Shown here one piece after another: positions 1 to 9,427 of a stretch of DNA of 64,000 bases. How positions within the stretch are numbered: the stretch's first letter is position 1; each line of letters starts with the position of its first letter. This DNA comes from a bacterium (lineage in GTDB: Bacteria; Electryoneota; JAOADG01): assembly GCA_963681965.1 (NCBI GenBank), contig OY820579.1, forward strand, positions 800,001-864,000, written 5' to 3'. The translations under genes were made by a program, and so were the position numbers. The notes under the pieces are model-generated. The model had not been told where the DNA came from. It saw only the letters and a program-made list of their open reading frames with translations, and made no database searches.

Positions 1-125
1 TGAGGGCTCTCGGGGCACGTAGCAACCGTTTTATCTTGACGCGCGCCCTACTTCAACGAAAGATAACGTTTGAATTCTCCATGTCAAGAGGCTCAAGGCT
101 TGTACAGTGGGTTCTCAGGGGCTTT
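1..125 (-). ncRNA. Candidate rod-shaped structured RNA, 6S (SsrS)-like; 3' end cut by the window edge
   Basis: Minus strand begins AAAGCCCCUGAGAACCCACUGUACAAGCCUUGAGCC, resembling 6S 5' arms as I recall them. Nested complementarity: 1-8 with 110-117, 34-40 with 83-89, and an apical UUCAAACG/CGUUGAA stem. No long ORF. Confidence 0.4.
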
Positions 126-216
126 CTTAAGACGCGGAATTATGCGATATTACTTCCGAGACCTGTTACCGGGATTTAACGAATCTGTATAACACAATAT
201 ATTTATTCGGATTATA

Positions 217-1512
217 ATGATTATTAGCCGTCGATATCTCGTCGCAACTGTCGTTTGCTGGCTCTTTTGGGTCGCAATCGCCAGTGCCGTCGATAGCCCC
301 TCAGAGGCGGCTGATAAGCAGATTCGACGACTCCGCGAGGAAATTGCCCGGATCGAAGCCGAGATTACCCGAGCCGGAAAAAGTGAGGTAACCCTTCAAC
401 AGCGCGTCTCCGACTTGGAACGAAAGATTGCACTCAAAGAAAAACTGACCGATGAATTGAACAGTTTGTTAAAGCGATACAATCGCGATTTGAAAGTGAA
501 GACGCGCCGTGTCGACGATCTGTCGCAGCAGTTGGATTACACCACGAGTCGCGCGCAGACCGTTCAGAAACGCGTGTTGCAACTTCGCGAACAAGCACGG
601 GTGCAGGCGCTCCAGCGTTACATGTATCAGCGCAAACCGATATGGATGTATCTGCTTGCCGGCGAGAGTCTCAGCGAAGTTTTGCGGAAAATCCGGATGT
701 ACTCTTTCTTGCAACGCTGCGAACATCGGGTTGTCGCAGAACTATCAACGGAAGTAAAGGGGTACTTGAATACGCAGCAGGATCTTTCCGAGTTGCACGG
801 ACAATTGGCGGCATCGGTCGATGCCGGTCGTAGAAAAATTAAGCTGACGAAACAGCAACAGCGCGAGGCGGAAGCGGCTCAGCGACAACTAGCGTCGGAA
901 CGCGAGCAACAACGCAACAAACTGGCACAGGTTCATACCGACAAGGCGAAACTCGAACGCGATTTGCAGGAACAAAAAGCGGCGCTCGACGAAATTCAAC
1001 GATTGATAGCGAAAAATATCGCCAATCGCGAACGATGGAAATCGGAACAGACGAATAAAGAAAGTGGCGGCGGTAAGAAATCGACTACCACCGAATGGCA
1101 CACTCCCAGCGGTGTCGCAACACGCGGAACACTATCATGGCCATCGAGTGGAGCGGTAACGACCCGTTTCGGTTGGCATCAGGGGGGGGCATACGGCACG
1201 ACCACCGAGAGTCCCGGTATTGAAATACAAGCGGCGCCCGGCACTCCGGCTCGGGCTGCGGCAAATGGTGTGGTTGCCGAGGTGACGTGGTTGCGTGGAT
1301 TCGGTACAACGGTTATTTTGGAACACGTCGACGGTACCTACACCGTTTATTCGCGCTTGGGTTCGTCAACGGTAACGCCGAATACCGTAGTGAAGCGAGG
1401 TCAAGTACTCGGTGCGGTGGCAGCTAGCAATCAGGACGAATCGACACTTCATTTCGAAGTTTGGAATCGCGGCAAGAAACAAGACCCGATCAATTGGTTG
1501 GAACGGCGATGA
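217..1512 (+). CDS. envC: Murein hydrolase activator EnvC-like (signal peptide, long coiled coil, degenerate M23/LytM domain)
   Basis: Signal peptide, ~240 aa coiled coil, C-terminal WPSSG..FG..GIEI..LHFEV..DP. The HxxxD zinc ligands are absent, as in EnvC. Confidence 0.8.
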   Translation: MIISRRYLVATVVCWLFWVAIASAVDSPSEAADKQIRRLREEIARIEAEITRAGKSEVTLQQRVSDLERKIALKEKLTDELNSLLKRYNRDLKVKTRRVDDLSQQLDYTTSRAQTVQKRVLQLREQARVQALQRYMYQRKPIWMYLLAGESLSEVLRKIRMYSFLQRCEHRVVAELSTEVKGYLNTQQDLSELHGQLAASVDAGRRKIKLTKQQQREAEAAQRQLASEREQQRNKLAQVHTDKAKLERDLQEQKAALDEIQRLIAKNIANRERWKSEQTNKESGGGKKSTTTEWHTPSGVATRGTLSWPSSGAVTTRFGWHQGGAYGTTTESPGIEIQAAPGTPARAAANGVVAEVTWLRGFGTTVILEHVDGTYTVYSRLGSSTVTPNTVVKRGQVLGAVAASNQDESTLHFEVWNRGKKQDPINWLERR

Positions 1513-2915
1513 GCGAAAATCTCACTCTGTTTGAAGAAGAACCATCGGACAAACCGGCACGGAAAGCGAAAAAGCGCAAAGTACCGGATGCCGAAGGATC
1601 GCTCTTTGCCGAATTGGATCAACCGGAAACCACGACCGAAGAAGTCGACGAGGAACCGCGGGAAATTGTTCGACATACGCCGAAATTCGCATTGGAATTG
1701 GTGCGTCCGGACAACATGCCACCATTTCTTGATCGGGTATGGGGTCAGGATCGACCGAAGAAAATCTTACAACGGTTGATCTCCGAAAACCATCTTCCCC
1801 ACGCGCTGTTGCTGTATGGTCCCGACGGAATCGGTAAGCAGAATCTAGCCCTTGAATTGGCGCGGCATTTGAATTGCGAGTGGGGACCGATGAATGCGTG
1901 CGGTATTTGCGCTTCCTGTCTTCAATTCGAATCGCTGCAAGTCAGTTCGTTGTTTCTGGCATTTCCGACCAAAGCGAATGATGGCGAAATCGACAAAAAA
2001 GAACAACTCGAAAATGGCGATACGCGCATAACCCGACGTTACTCGCAGAAAACCGAAGAAGAAATCGCCACAGCGATCACCGAAACAACGAAAGATGTTT
2101 GGACCCCCTTGCAAGTACCTGGGGCAACCAATGTGCGGGTAATTTCAATCCGGTTTCTCCGGCAATGGGCACAATACGGCACATGGCTGGGTAAGGGACG
2201 GAAAGTTGCAATCATCGCGCAAGCGCATCGCATGAACGAAGAAACGTCGAATGCGCTATTGAAAGTATTGGAAGAACCGCCGCCGGATACTTTATTGATT
2301 CTGTTGACGAAATCGCCGGAAGATTTATTGCCGACAATTCAATCACGCTGTCAATCGATTCGGATGGAACCGCTATCAGTGGAACTGATTACGGAAAAAT
2401 TGATGACGCTTCCGGTTGCAGAGTTGTCGCGAACCGAACGGTTATCGCACGACGAAGCCGAAGAGATTGCGATTTTATCGGAAGGAAATTTCGTCCGGGC
2501 GCGGGAAATGGCGAATAGCGACGCGTTGGTTAAAACCGATATGGCAATCGAATTTCTGGTCGGGTGCGTATCCAGCAAGCAACGTCGCGATTTATTGCAA
2601 CGGGTCGAGACGATGGCACGCGGTCGCAATATCGATGAATTGGAAAAATTCTTAATCCGAGTCGTACTATTTTTACGCGACGCGCTTCGACTACGTCTGC
2701 ATACCGGCGAAGGCTATCCCGCCGGATTGCTGGTACGTGGCGATGCACTGCTGGACCGGTTGCGCAAATTTGTCCAATTCACGAAACAAAGCGATCTTGC
2801 CGCAGCGATCGAAGAAGTATTGCGTACGCATGATATTTTGAAACGTCGCAATCCGCAGACCATGTTGTTGTTGCATGCGATGTCGTATCGGCTGAACCGA
2901 ATTTTATCGACCTGA
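1509..2915 (+). CDS. holB: DNA polymerase III subunit delta' with N-terminal acidic extension
   Basis: HALLLYGPDGIGK, zinc motif C..CGICASC, NALLKVLEEPP, LLPTIQSRC. ATG 1509 overlaps the envC stop (ATGA). Confidence 0.88.
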   Translation: MSENLTLFEEEPSDKPARKAKKRKVPDAEGSLFAELDQPETTTEEVDEEPREIVRHTPKFALELVRPDNMPPFLDRVWGQDRPKKILQRLISENHLPHALLLYGPDGIGKQNLALELARHLNCEWGPMNACGICASCLQFESLQVSSLFLAFPTKANDGEIDKKEQLENGDTRITRRYSQKTEEEIATAITETTKDVWTPLQVPGATNVRVISIRFLRQWAQYGTWLGKGRKVAIIAQAHRMNEETSNALLKVLEEPPPDTLLILLTKSPEDLLPTIQSRCQSIRMEPLSVELITEKLMTLPVAELSRTERLSHDEAEEIAILSEGNFVRAREMANSDALVKTDMAIEFLVGCVSSKQRRDLLQRVETMARGRNIDELEKFLIRVVLFLRDALRLRLHTGEGYPAGLLVRGDALLDRLRKFVQFTKQSDLAAAIEEVLRTHDILKRRNPQTMLLLHAMSYRLNRILST

Positions 2916-3033
2916 TCACCCGTATTGATTCGTACCAATTTGATAAACGGGTGGTTCGCGAACCACCCGTTACCGTTATATATTAGTAAACCGCGATCAG
3001 ATGTACTGATCGGAATCGATCCAAGGATTTATC

Positions 3034-5031
3034 ATGTCCGCAGAACCGAAGAAATTTTTCGTCACGACGCCGATTTATTATGTCAACGACGAGCCGCATA
3101 TTGGTCACGCCTACACGACGTTGATTGCCGATATTTTTACGCGCTATCACAAGCTGATGGGCTACGACACCCGCTTTCTAACAGGCACCGACGAGCACGG
3201 TCAAAAAGTGGAACAATCGGCTAAGAAACGTGGTATTCCCGCGCAACAGCATTGTGACGAAATGTCGGGACGCTACCAGAAATTGTGGAAGATCCTCGGC
3301 TACGAATACGATCGGTTTATTCGCACGACCGATCCGGATCATGTGGCATTTGTTTCGAAGATGCTGCAACAACTCTGGGACACCGGTGAAATCTACGCCG
3401 ATGAGTACGAAGGGTTGTATTACGTATCGGACGAAATCTTTGTCAGCGAAGAGGAAGCGGAAAAAATTCGCGCCGAAAAACCGACGGCGGAAATCGTTCC
3501 AATCAAAGAAAAAAGTTACTTCTTCCGGATGAGTAGACATGTCGAATGGTTGAAGCAGTATATCGTCGATCATCCGACGTTCATTCAACCCGATTTCCGG
3601 CGCAATGAAGTACTCGGCTTTTTGAATCAGGACGCCGGTGTGAAAGACCTGTGTATTTCACGCCCGAAATCGCGCTTGGAGTGGGGTATCGAACTACCAT
3701 TCGACAAAGACTATGTTTGTTATGTCTGGGTCGATGCGTTGTTGAATTACGTCTCCGGCGCAATCGATAAAGACACCGGTAAAAACTATTGGCCCGCCGA
3801 TCTGCATTTAATCGGCAAGGATATTTTGACGACGCACTGCGTCTATTGGCCAACGCTGCTACATGCACTGAAGCTCGATTTACCGAAAATGATTTTCGCT
3901 CATGGCTGGTGGCTGGTCGGTGGCGAAAAAATGTCTAAGTCGGTGGGGAATGTGCTGAAACCGCTCGACCTGATTGAGAAGTTGGGTGGAATCGACAATG
4001 GTGGAATCGATGCGATGCGGCATCTGCTTACGCGCGGAATGACGCTCGGAAACGACGCAATTCTCACCGAAGACCGGATGAAAGCAATTGTCAATGGCGA
4101 GTTGGCGAACGATTTCGGCAATCTGCTTTCGCGCGTGGCGAAATTGTGCAACAACACGATTCCGGAAGTCGAGGCGACGAATTTATCACCGGAAACGGCA
4201 TCGTCCGGAAACGAATCGGGGATCGAAATATTGCATGCGGCAATCGATAATCTGAAAATATTATTCGATGCATCGGACGAAGATTGGTTTGGCGGTAAAC
4301 TGGAACAGCTTTGGCAGGATGTATGGAGTATCGTTGCCAGTTCGAATAAATATTTCGATACGGCGAAACCGTGGGCGCTAATCAAGGCGAATGATCCCGC
4401 CGGCGGAGAAGTATTGCGCACTTGCCTAGAAGTATTGCGCGTTGCGGCGCTGGAACTCTATCCGGTGATGCCGGGCAAGATGGCTGAATTGCGTGTGATT
4501 CTTGGTCAAACACCGATTCCCGAACCGATTGAGTTTCACGAGAATGTCTGGCTAGTCGATAACGCAAAAATCGGATTGACGAAACCGCTGTTTCCACGAA
4601 TCGATTTCGATAAAGCGTTTGCTGTTGCTGAAATAACCGCGAAACCGGAAAAACCGGAAGTGCCGAAACCAGCACCAACTGCGGTGGTCGGTGAGGACGG
4701 GCTGATCACCATCGATGAAGTGAAAAAAGTCGAATTGATTGTCGCGCAGATACTAACAGCACAGCGGGTTGAAGGAACAACGAAACTGTTGCAACTCCAA
4801 CTCGACGATGGGCATGGTGTGGATGCGCCGCGCCAGATCATCGCGGGAATTGCGGAACACTACGCTCCCGACGATTTAATCGGTCGAAAAATTGTGATTG
4901 TCGCGAATCTGAAACCGGCGAAATTGAAAGGGGTTCTCTCGAACGGAATGTTACTTGCCGCGAAAGCCGGTGGAAAACTGGTGCTGGTAACGATTGCCGC
5001 CGATATCGCGAACGGTGCTTCGGTGGGGTAA
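3034..5031 (+). CDS. metG: Methionine--tRNA ligase with C-terminal tRNA-binding (Trbp111/EMAPII-like) domain
   Basis: TTPIYYVN, HIGH, TGTDEHGQK, KMSKS; C-terminal RQIIAGI..NLKPAKLKG..SNGMLL. Confidence 0.97.
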   Translation: MSAEPKKFFVTTPIYYVNDEPHIGHAYTTLIADIFTRYHKLMGYDTRFLTGTDEHGQKVEQSAKKRGIPAQQHCDEMSGRYQKLWKILGYEYDRFIRTTDPDHVAFVSKMLQQLWDTGEIYADEYEGLYYVSDEIFVSEEEAEKIRAEKPTAEIVPIKEKSYFFRMSRHVEWLKQYIVDHPTFIQPDFRRNEVLGFLNQDAGVKDLCISRPKSRLEWGIELPFDKDYVCYVWVDALLNYVSGAIDKDTGKNYWPADLHLIGKDILTTHCVYWPTLLHALKLDLPKMIFAHGWWLVGGEKMSKSVGNVLKPLDLIEKLGGIDNGGIDAMRHLLTRGMTLGNDAILTEDRMKAIVNGELANDFGNLLSRVAKLCNNTIPEVEATNLSPETASSGNESGIEILHAAIDNLKILFDASDEDWFGGKLEQLWQDVWSIVASSNKYFDTAKPWALIKANDPAGGEVLRTCLEVLRVAALELYPVMPGKMAELRVILGQTPIPEPIEFHENVWLVDNAKIGLTKPLFPRIDFDKAFAVAEITAKPEKPEVPKPAPTAVVGEDGLITIDEVKKVELIVAQILTAQRVEGTTKLLQLQLDDGHGVDAPRQIIAGIAEHYAPDDLIGRKIVIVANLKPAKLKGVLSNGMLLAAKAGGKLVLVTIAADIANGASVG

Positions 5032-5057
5032 AAAGCGGTTAATGGTGTTAGTTATTG

Positions 5058-5091
5058 GAAGGCAGGGTTTCGATCCTGCCTTCATTTTTTT
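5058..5091 (+). terminator. Intrinsic terminator after metG
   Basis: GAAGGCAGGG-tttcga-TCCTGCCTTC hairpin followed by ATTTTTTT. Confidence 0.75.
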
Positions 5092-5114
5092 GTAGCCGCA
5101 GGCTTCAGCCTGCG
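5092..5114. repeat. GTAG-type REP-like palindrome
   Basis: GTAG-C-CGCAGGCT-TC-AGCCTGCG. The same CGCAGGC/GCCTGCG stem recurs in the hairpin at 13927-13948. Confidence 0.4.
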
Positions 5115-5183
5115 TTCTATTCTATAGTTCCGTTCGTTTGCAAATTCAAAGCAATTTGCCTAATAAATCGCTTAATCAGAACA

Positions 5184-6302
5184 TCACCACTCGTGATACT
5201 GGAACGTCTCCGGCATTGTACAGCGCGTGGTATCGGTAGTAATCAGGAACGTCCATCGTTCGGGAACAATCGCTTCGTGCAGAAGAGTACGGAACTCGGC
5301 AGTGTCGCTCGACAAGGTGGGAGTAAGATAGAGCTTGGACAGACAATAATCGTATAGCTTGCGGTCACGGCTGCGTGGTCCAACTCGAGTGTCGGTTGAA
5401 ATCGGAATAAAAGGACTCGCCAATAAATCATTCCACGCCATATTGATTTGCCGGAGGAGCATTTGCGTCTCTTCGGCAGGTCCACGTACGGCACACCAGA
5501 GCCATTGCGGTGCCAAGGGGGGATACAATCCCACCCGACAGTCGGAAACTCCGACTTCGTTTTTGGTTAAAAACCGATTCAAAGTTTGTTCAAGGCGCTC
5601 ATCGGCAATAAACATTCGCAATGCATTTGCACTGTTTCCCGATGACGCGGGAGTACGCTGAAACATCACGATGTCAACACTCTCGCTGGCACGATGTCGG
5701 TGCCAGAGGCGAGGAAGCGTATCTGGTGGCGGGGTTCGATACAAAGAGTTTTTTCCGGTCCAGTCGCTACATGCCGATTTCACCAACTCCCATAATGCAT
5801 CGATCGGTTGCGAACCATTCACGGCAAAAATAATATCGGATGGTTGCGGAACGATGGTTGTGGCTTTTTGGTTTCCATAAAACCATTGCGGTGCCGGAAG
5901 CAGATCGGTATTCGCATCGGGAAAGTTGCGCAGCCACTTTGTCTGTTTGATTGCCGATACCAGATCGGGTAATGCCATTGGATCGTCTTCCAATGCGGCA
6001 CGGAGTTCCAAAATCGGTGATTCGAGCGTGGGGATCGCATACAACACTCGAAACGGTGACGTCTGGCTCCATTGTCGCGATACATCGAACCAACTCTGTT
6101 CGTACCCTTCCACCAAGCGAATGGGCAGGATCAAACCAATCGTGGTTGATGAGTGCATCCCGTCGCTGGCAACGACGACGCGCATCCCATTCGACAACAC
6201 CCCTTCGGCATATTTCGATGATGATGGATCCGCCGTAGCGAGTATGCTACAAGACAAGAACAAAAAAGAAATAATGAGGATTCGATGATACCGGTAGGTC
6301 AT
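5184..6302 (-). CDS. Exported protein, degenerate M16 (insulinase)-like
   Basis: Signal peptide, then GVLSNGMRVVV resembling the M16 N-terminal LxNGxxV; no HxxEH. ATG 6302 overlaps the upstream stop (ATGA). Confidence 0.5.
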   Translation of the reverse strand: MTYRYHRILIISFLFLSCSILATADPSSSKYAEGVLSNGMRVVVASDGMHSSTTIGLILPIRLVEGYEQSWFDVSRQWSQTSPFRVLYAIPTLESPILELRAALEDDPMALPDLVSAIKQTKWLRNFPDANTDLLPAPQWFYGNQKATTIVPQPSDIIFAVNGSQPIDALWELVKSACSDWTGKNSLYRTPPPDTLPRLWHRHRASESVDIVMFQRTPASSGNSANALRMFIADERLEQTLNRFLTKNEVGVSDCRVGLYPPLAPQWLWCAVRGPAEETQMLLRQINMAWNDLLASPFIPISTDTRVGPRSRDRKLYDYCLSKLYLTPTLSSDTAEFRTLLHEAIVPERWTFLITTDTTRCTMPETFQYHEW

Positions 6303-7552
6303 TTTCGCATCCCCGTCGCTTGTTTTTGCCATGCACGTGCCCACTCTGCTTCGGGGGTGGTTTCAAAGGCGCTCATGCGATCGTCGATAGCAAACCAGCG
6401 TTGCCAACCATCGCATGTCATGGCGATCGCCAGCCGATCGGCTGCGGTCTCCGGTTGATCCAGATCCAACTGCAACTTGCCGATCCACTGCTTGCGGCGG
6501 ATATCTGCTGAGAGATTAGTATCAAGTGCGGTAATTGGTACTTCGATTGAATGAAAGCAGGCACAATCCATGCGGAGTGCGGTTTGGTGGTCGGTTTCCA
6601 TTCCTCCACTCACCCATGCCAGCATCACATCGCGATTGCGTACCGGTAGTGAGATCTTTACCTTGTAATTGACGCTCGGTTGTAAGAATGGTGAAAAACC
6701 GCGTTCAGTAGTCGCTTGGGGTGAAGCCAAATGCCAAGTCGACCAATACAAATTTGCCAGCGTTATTGCCTCGTTGCCGTCAATCGCACCAACCGCAGCG
6801 ATACCGATCGATGCATGTTGGAGTAACATCTGCCAATACTCATCCAAACGACCATCGACTACTGGCATCGTTCCGATATTTCCAGACTGAACAAAGTAAC
6901 TGGTATTGAACCCAAAGTCGGGATACCCTTGATTGATCCTTTGTCGCAGTACCCACTCGTCGATCCAGACCGGGTTTTCGAATTGTTCACGCAGGTACGG
7001 CAGGAACGCATCCAGTGTGTTTGGCGTTAGTCGATAGCGGATGATCGTTGCGGTACCGAGCGATTGTGCTTTTTCATGGCACCAAACCGAAGGTATGGAA
7101 AGCTTCCGTTTAACGGATACGGTTTTCTCCTCTAAAAGCCGCTCGTGATCGGAGTAAATCGCGAAATTGTTTGTATTTTTAATATCGTCGGTACCATCTT
7201 CTTCAATCAAATGATTTAAGAGACTGTCGCGTTCCTGTAAAAAGCTTATACCGATCTGTTCGGTAACCATATTTCGCGGCAGGGAAGCGTTCCAGAGCTG
7301 AGCGCATAATTGTGGCAAGCGCTCGCCGTAACGGGCGAGTTCCGGTTCGTCGAATCGAACGATGACCGAGATAACCAAGTCTTCTTGTTCGGGGCGCGAC
7401 CATACGACCATTCTCGGTTCTAGACCGATTTCACGTTCGTAAAGATCGCTCTCGATATTGGGAAGCGTTTGTGCGATCGTCGCTGAAACGAACAAGCCGA
7501 GTATCGCGGTAGTAAGCGATAGGAAGCTAGATTTGAGTACTATTAGTTTCAT
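6299..7552 (-). CDS. Exported hypothetical protein, possibly second degenerate M16-like subunit
   Basis: Signal peptide; IAAVGAIDGNEAITLANLYWSTW resembles the M16 'vvvGdvd....l....f..w' segment; coupled to the downstream gene. Confidence 0.45.
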   Translation of the reverse strand: MKLIVLKSSFLSLTTAILGLFVSATIAQTLPNIESDLYEREIGLEPRMVVWSRPEQEDLVISVIVRFDEPELARYGERLPQLCAQLWNASLPRNMVTEQIGISFLQERDSLLNHLIEEDGTDDIKNTNNFAIYSDHERLLEEKTVSVKRKLSIPSVWCHEKAQSLGTATIIRYRLTPNTLDAFLPYLREQFENPVWIDEWVLRQRINQGYPDFGFNTSYFVQSGNIGTMPVVDGRLDEYWQMLLQHASIGIAAVGAIDGNEAITLANLYWSTWHLASPQATTERGFSPFLQPSVNYKVKISLPVRNRDVMLAWVSGGMETDHQTALRMDCACFHSIEVPITALDTNLSADIRRKQWIGKLQLDLDQPETAADRLAIAMTCDGWQRWFAIDDRMSAFETTPEAEWARAWQKQATGMRK

Positions 7553-7575
7553 TTTCACGGTAAGAGGCAACAACT

Positions 7576-8160
7576 ATGATAATAAGATACGGATTATTTT
7601 TAACGGCTGCAGTGATCGTACTCTCAGCGTACGGTTCGGCGATTGCTGCCGACACTGAACCGCCGTCGTCGATACTGAAAGAGGGAAAATGTCTCGTAAC
7701 GAAGGAAAGCGCGAGTAAATACCCGGATTGGGTCGTATGCAACAAATCCAGCGATGGCACCTGGAACGTGTTTATTGGAATGAAGACCTTTTTAGCATAC
7801 GTCAATGAACCGGAAAAGTACATTGGATCGAAGGTGCGACATTCCGGAACCGTGTTGATCAAAGACCACAAAACCCATAAGTGGATTTCGGCGCTGTTTG
7901 CATATTTTGTTGTCGGCGAAAAAATTATAGGACCGTTTGGGCGCGATGCTGTGGCGTTCGCGGAAAAAGAAGATGCCGAAAATTATCAGAAAAAAGTCGG
8001 AGGAGTGGCGGTTTTAAGAATGATGGATCTGCGCAAATCGGTGTTGGCATTTTTAAACAACTCCAAGCCGGATACCGCCGATGCCGATTCGGTAATTGTA
8101 CCCAAAGTCATCGATATCAAAAACGCACCCCGATCCGGAACACCTTCCAATCCTCATTAA
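7576..8160 (+). CDS. NosL-family exported protein with altered metal ligands
   Basis: KYPDW..FIGMK..KDHKTHKWISA..AYFVVG..GPFG.DAVAFA...AENY...GG matches the NosL pattern. CxxCGM is replaced by CLVTKE and PMG by PFG. Confidence 0.65.
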   Translation: MIIRYGLFLTAAVIVLSAYGSAIAADTEPPSSILKEGKCLVTKESASKYPDWVVCNKSSDGTWNVFIGMKTFLAYVNEPEKYIGSKVRHSGTVLIKDHKTHKWISALFAYFVVGEKIIGPFGRDAVAFAEKEDAENYQKKVGGVAVLRMMDLRKSVLAFLNNSKPDTADADSVIVPKVIDIKNAPRSGTPSNPH

Positions 8161-8571
8161 TCCTTTTTGGATTTTATTCATCAAATCGGAGTGCATTGTG
8201 CTCCGATTTTAATTTATTTTGATAAGATGTTGATTTTTTCAAAATTGAAGAATATTTCACATTTTTTGGCGGTTTCTATTGCATTTACTTTCTATTGCAA
8301 CTAGATTTCAATAAAGCCGCAATTTGCTGCGGTTCTTGTTCGCGTTTCTGTTTTTAACCAGATACGACAAAACATCAGGCAACTGGTAATAGAAATCCAT
8401 CGCGACCGAGGCAGCTGGGGGAGTTGCCAATAAGTCGTTTGGGTAATCAATACTCTCCTCCGAGAAATATCGTCTCTTAGAGTAAGCTGTGATAAAGTAT
8501 TGAAAATTCGATGAATTTGGTTTTGGGTGCAAAGTAAGAACACAAATACAATCATTTTTGGTGTGTTTCGC

Positions 8572-8601
8572 TTGACAATTCCTACCGGTTTAGTGTATTA
8601 T
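8572..8601 (+). promoter_or_regulatory. sigma70-type promoter upstream of ECF sigma gene
   Basis: TTGACA (8572-8577), 18-nt spacer, TATTAT (8596-8601). Confidence 0.6.
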
Positions 8602-8614
8602 GCCGTCGAACACC

Positions 8615-8640
8615 GGAACAAGTAGGTCTTTCCAAACGTA
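8615..8640 (+). promoter_or_regulatory. ECF-type (autoregulatory) promoter
   Basis: GGAAC (8615-8619), 17-nt spacer, CGTA (8637-8640). Followed by an AGGAG RBS and the sigma ATG at 8666. Confidence 0.55.
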
Positions 8641-8665
8641 ATCAGACTACCAGTAGGAGTATAAA

Positions 8666-9343
8666 ATGAAAATGTCAGCCGCATTAAAAGCCAGTGCAAC
8701 CACTCTTGATTTCCCGGTAATCAGCCAAAAGCCGATGGGTGGAGTGTTACAGTGGAGTGAAGTAAAAGAGGCAGAAGATAGTTTGTTGATCGAACGATCG
8801 ATGGCAGGCGACGCTTTGGCATTTCATACGTTGGTGGAACGATATCGCACCCGCGTCGCGGCAATTGCCTATCAGATCATCGGTAATTACGAAGATGCGC
8901 GCGATGTTTCGCAAGAAGTTTTCGTAAAACTATTTCGCAGTCTAAATACTTTTGATGCCGACAAGAAATTTTTTACTTGGTTGTACCGCATGACTGTGAA
9001 CGCGAGTATCGATTTTCTACGGTCGCGCCGAAAACGTAATCTTGAAAACAGTATCGAAGACCAACCGGAGTATTATCAGGAAACGATCGCTCATCCTGAT
9101 GGCGACGGTTTTGCACGGTTTGAATCGAATGAATTGACGAATCTGTTCCGCGAAATCGCGGATCGATTAAATCCCAATCAGCGAACTGCGTTTGTCTTGT
9201 GCGATTTGGAAGGTTTTACACCGGCGGAAGCGGCAAACATTATGGGATGTCCGAAAGTAACCTTGCGATGGTATTTGCACGAAGCCCGGAAACGGATTCG
9301 GAATGAAATGGTAAAGCAATACCCGGAATACGTTCGGAATTAG
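8666..9343 (+). CDS. ECF RNA polymerase sigma-70 factor
   Basis: GDALAFHTLVERY, DARDVSQEVFVK, FFTWLYRMTVNASIDFLR (sigma2); sigma4 EAANIMGCPKVTLRWYLHEARKR. Confidence 0.93.
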   Translation: MKMSAALKASATTLDFPVISQKPMGGVLQWSEVKEAEDSLLIERSMAGDALAFHTLVERYRTRVAAIAYQIIGNYEDARDVSQEVFVKLFRSLNTFDADKKFFTWLYRMTVNASIDFLRSRRKRNLENSIEDQPEYYQETIAHPDGDGFARFESNELTNLFREIADRLNPNQRTAFVLCDLEGFTPAEAANIMGCPKVTLRWYLHEARKRIRNEMVKQYPEYVRN

Positions 9344-9391
9344 CATTTCTAGCTACTATCCCGGAGGGGAGGATTGTAGCGATTGAAAGCG

Positions 9392-9427
9392 AATACGGCA
9401 GGCGTTTACGTCTGCCGTATTTCTTTT
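9392..9427 (+). terminator. Intrinsic terminator between ECF sigma and anti-sigma genes
   Basis: AATACGGCAGGCG-TTTA-CGTCTGCCGTATT followed by TCTTTT. Confidence 0.65.

Noticed and set aside
187-213. dif-like site (minus: AATCCGAATAA-ATATA-TTGTGTTATAC)
   Set aside because: Spacer is 5 bp rather than 6, the XerD arm has several mismatches, and it lies in an AT-rich promoter region.
8273-8299. Direct repeat TTTCTATTGCA x2
   Set aside because: Two copies only, in AT-rich sequence; no supporting context.
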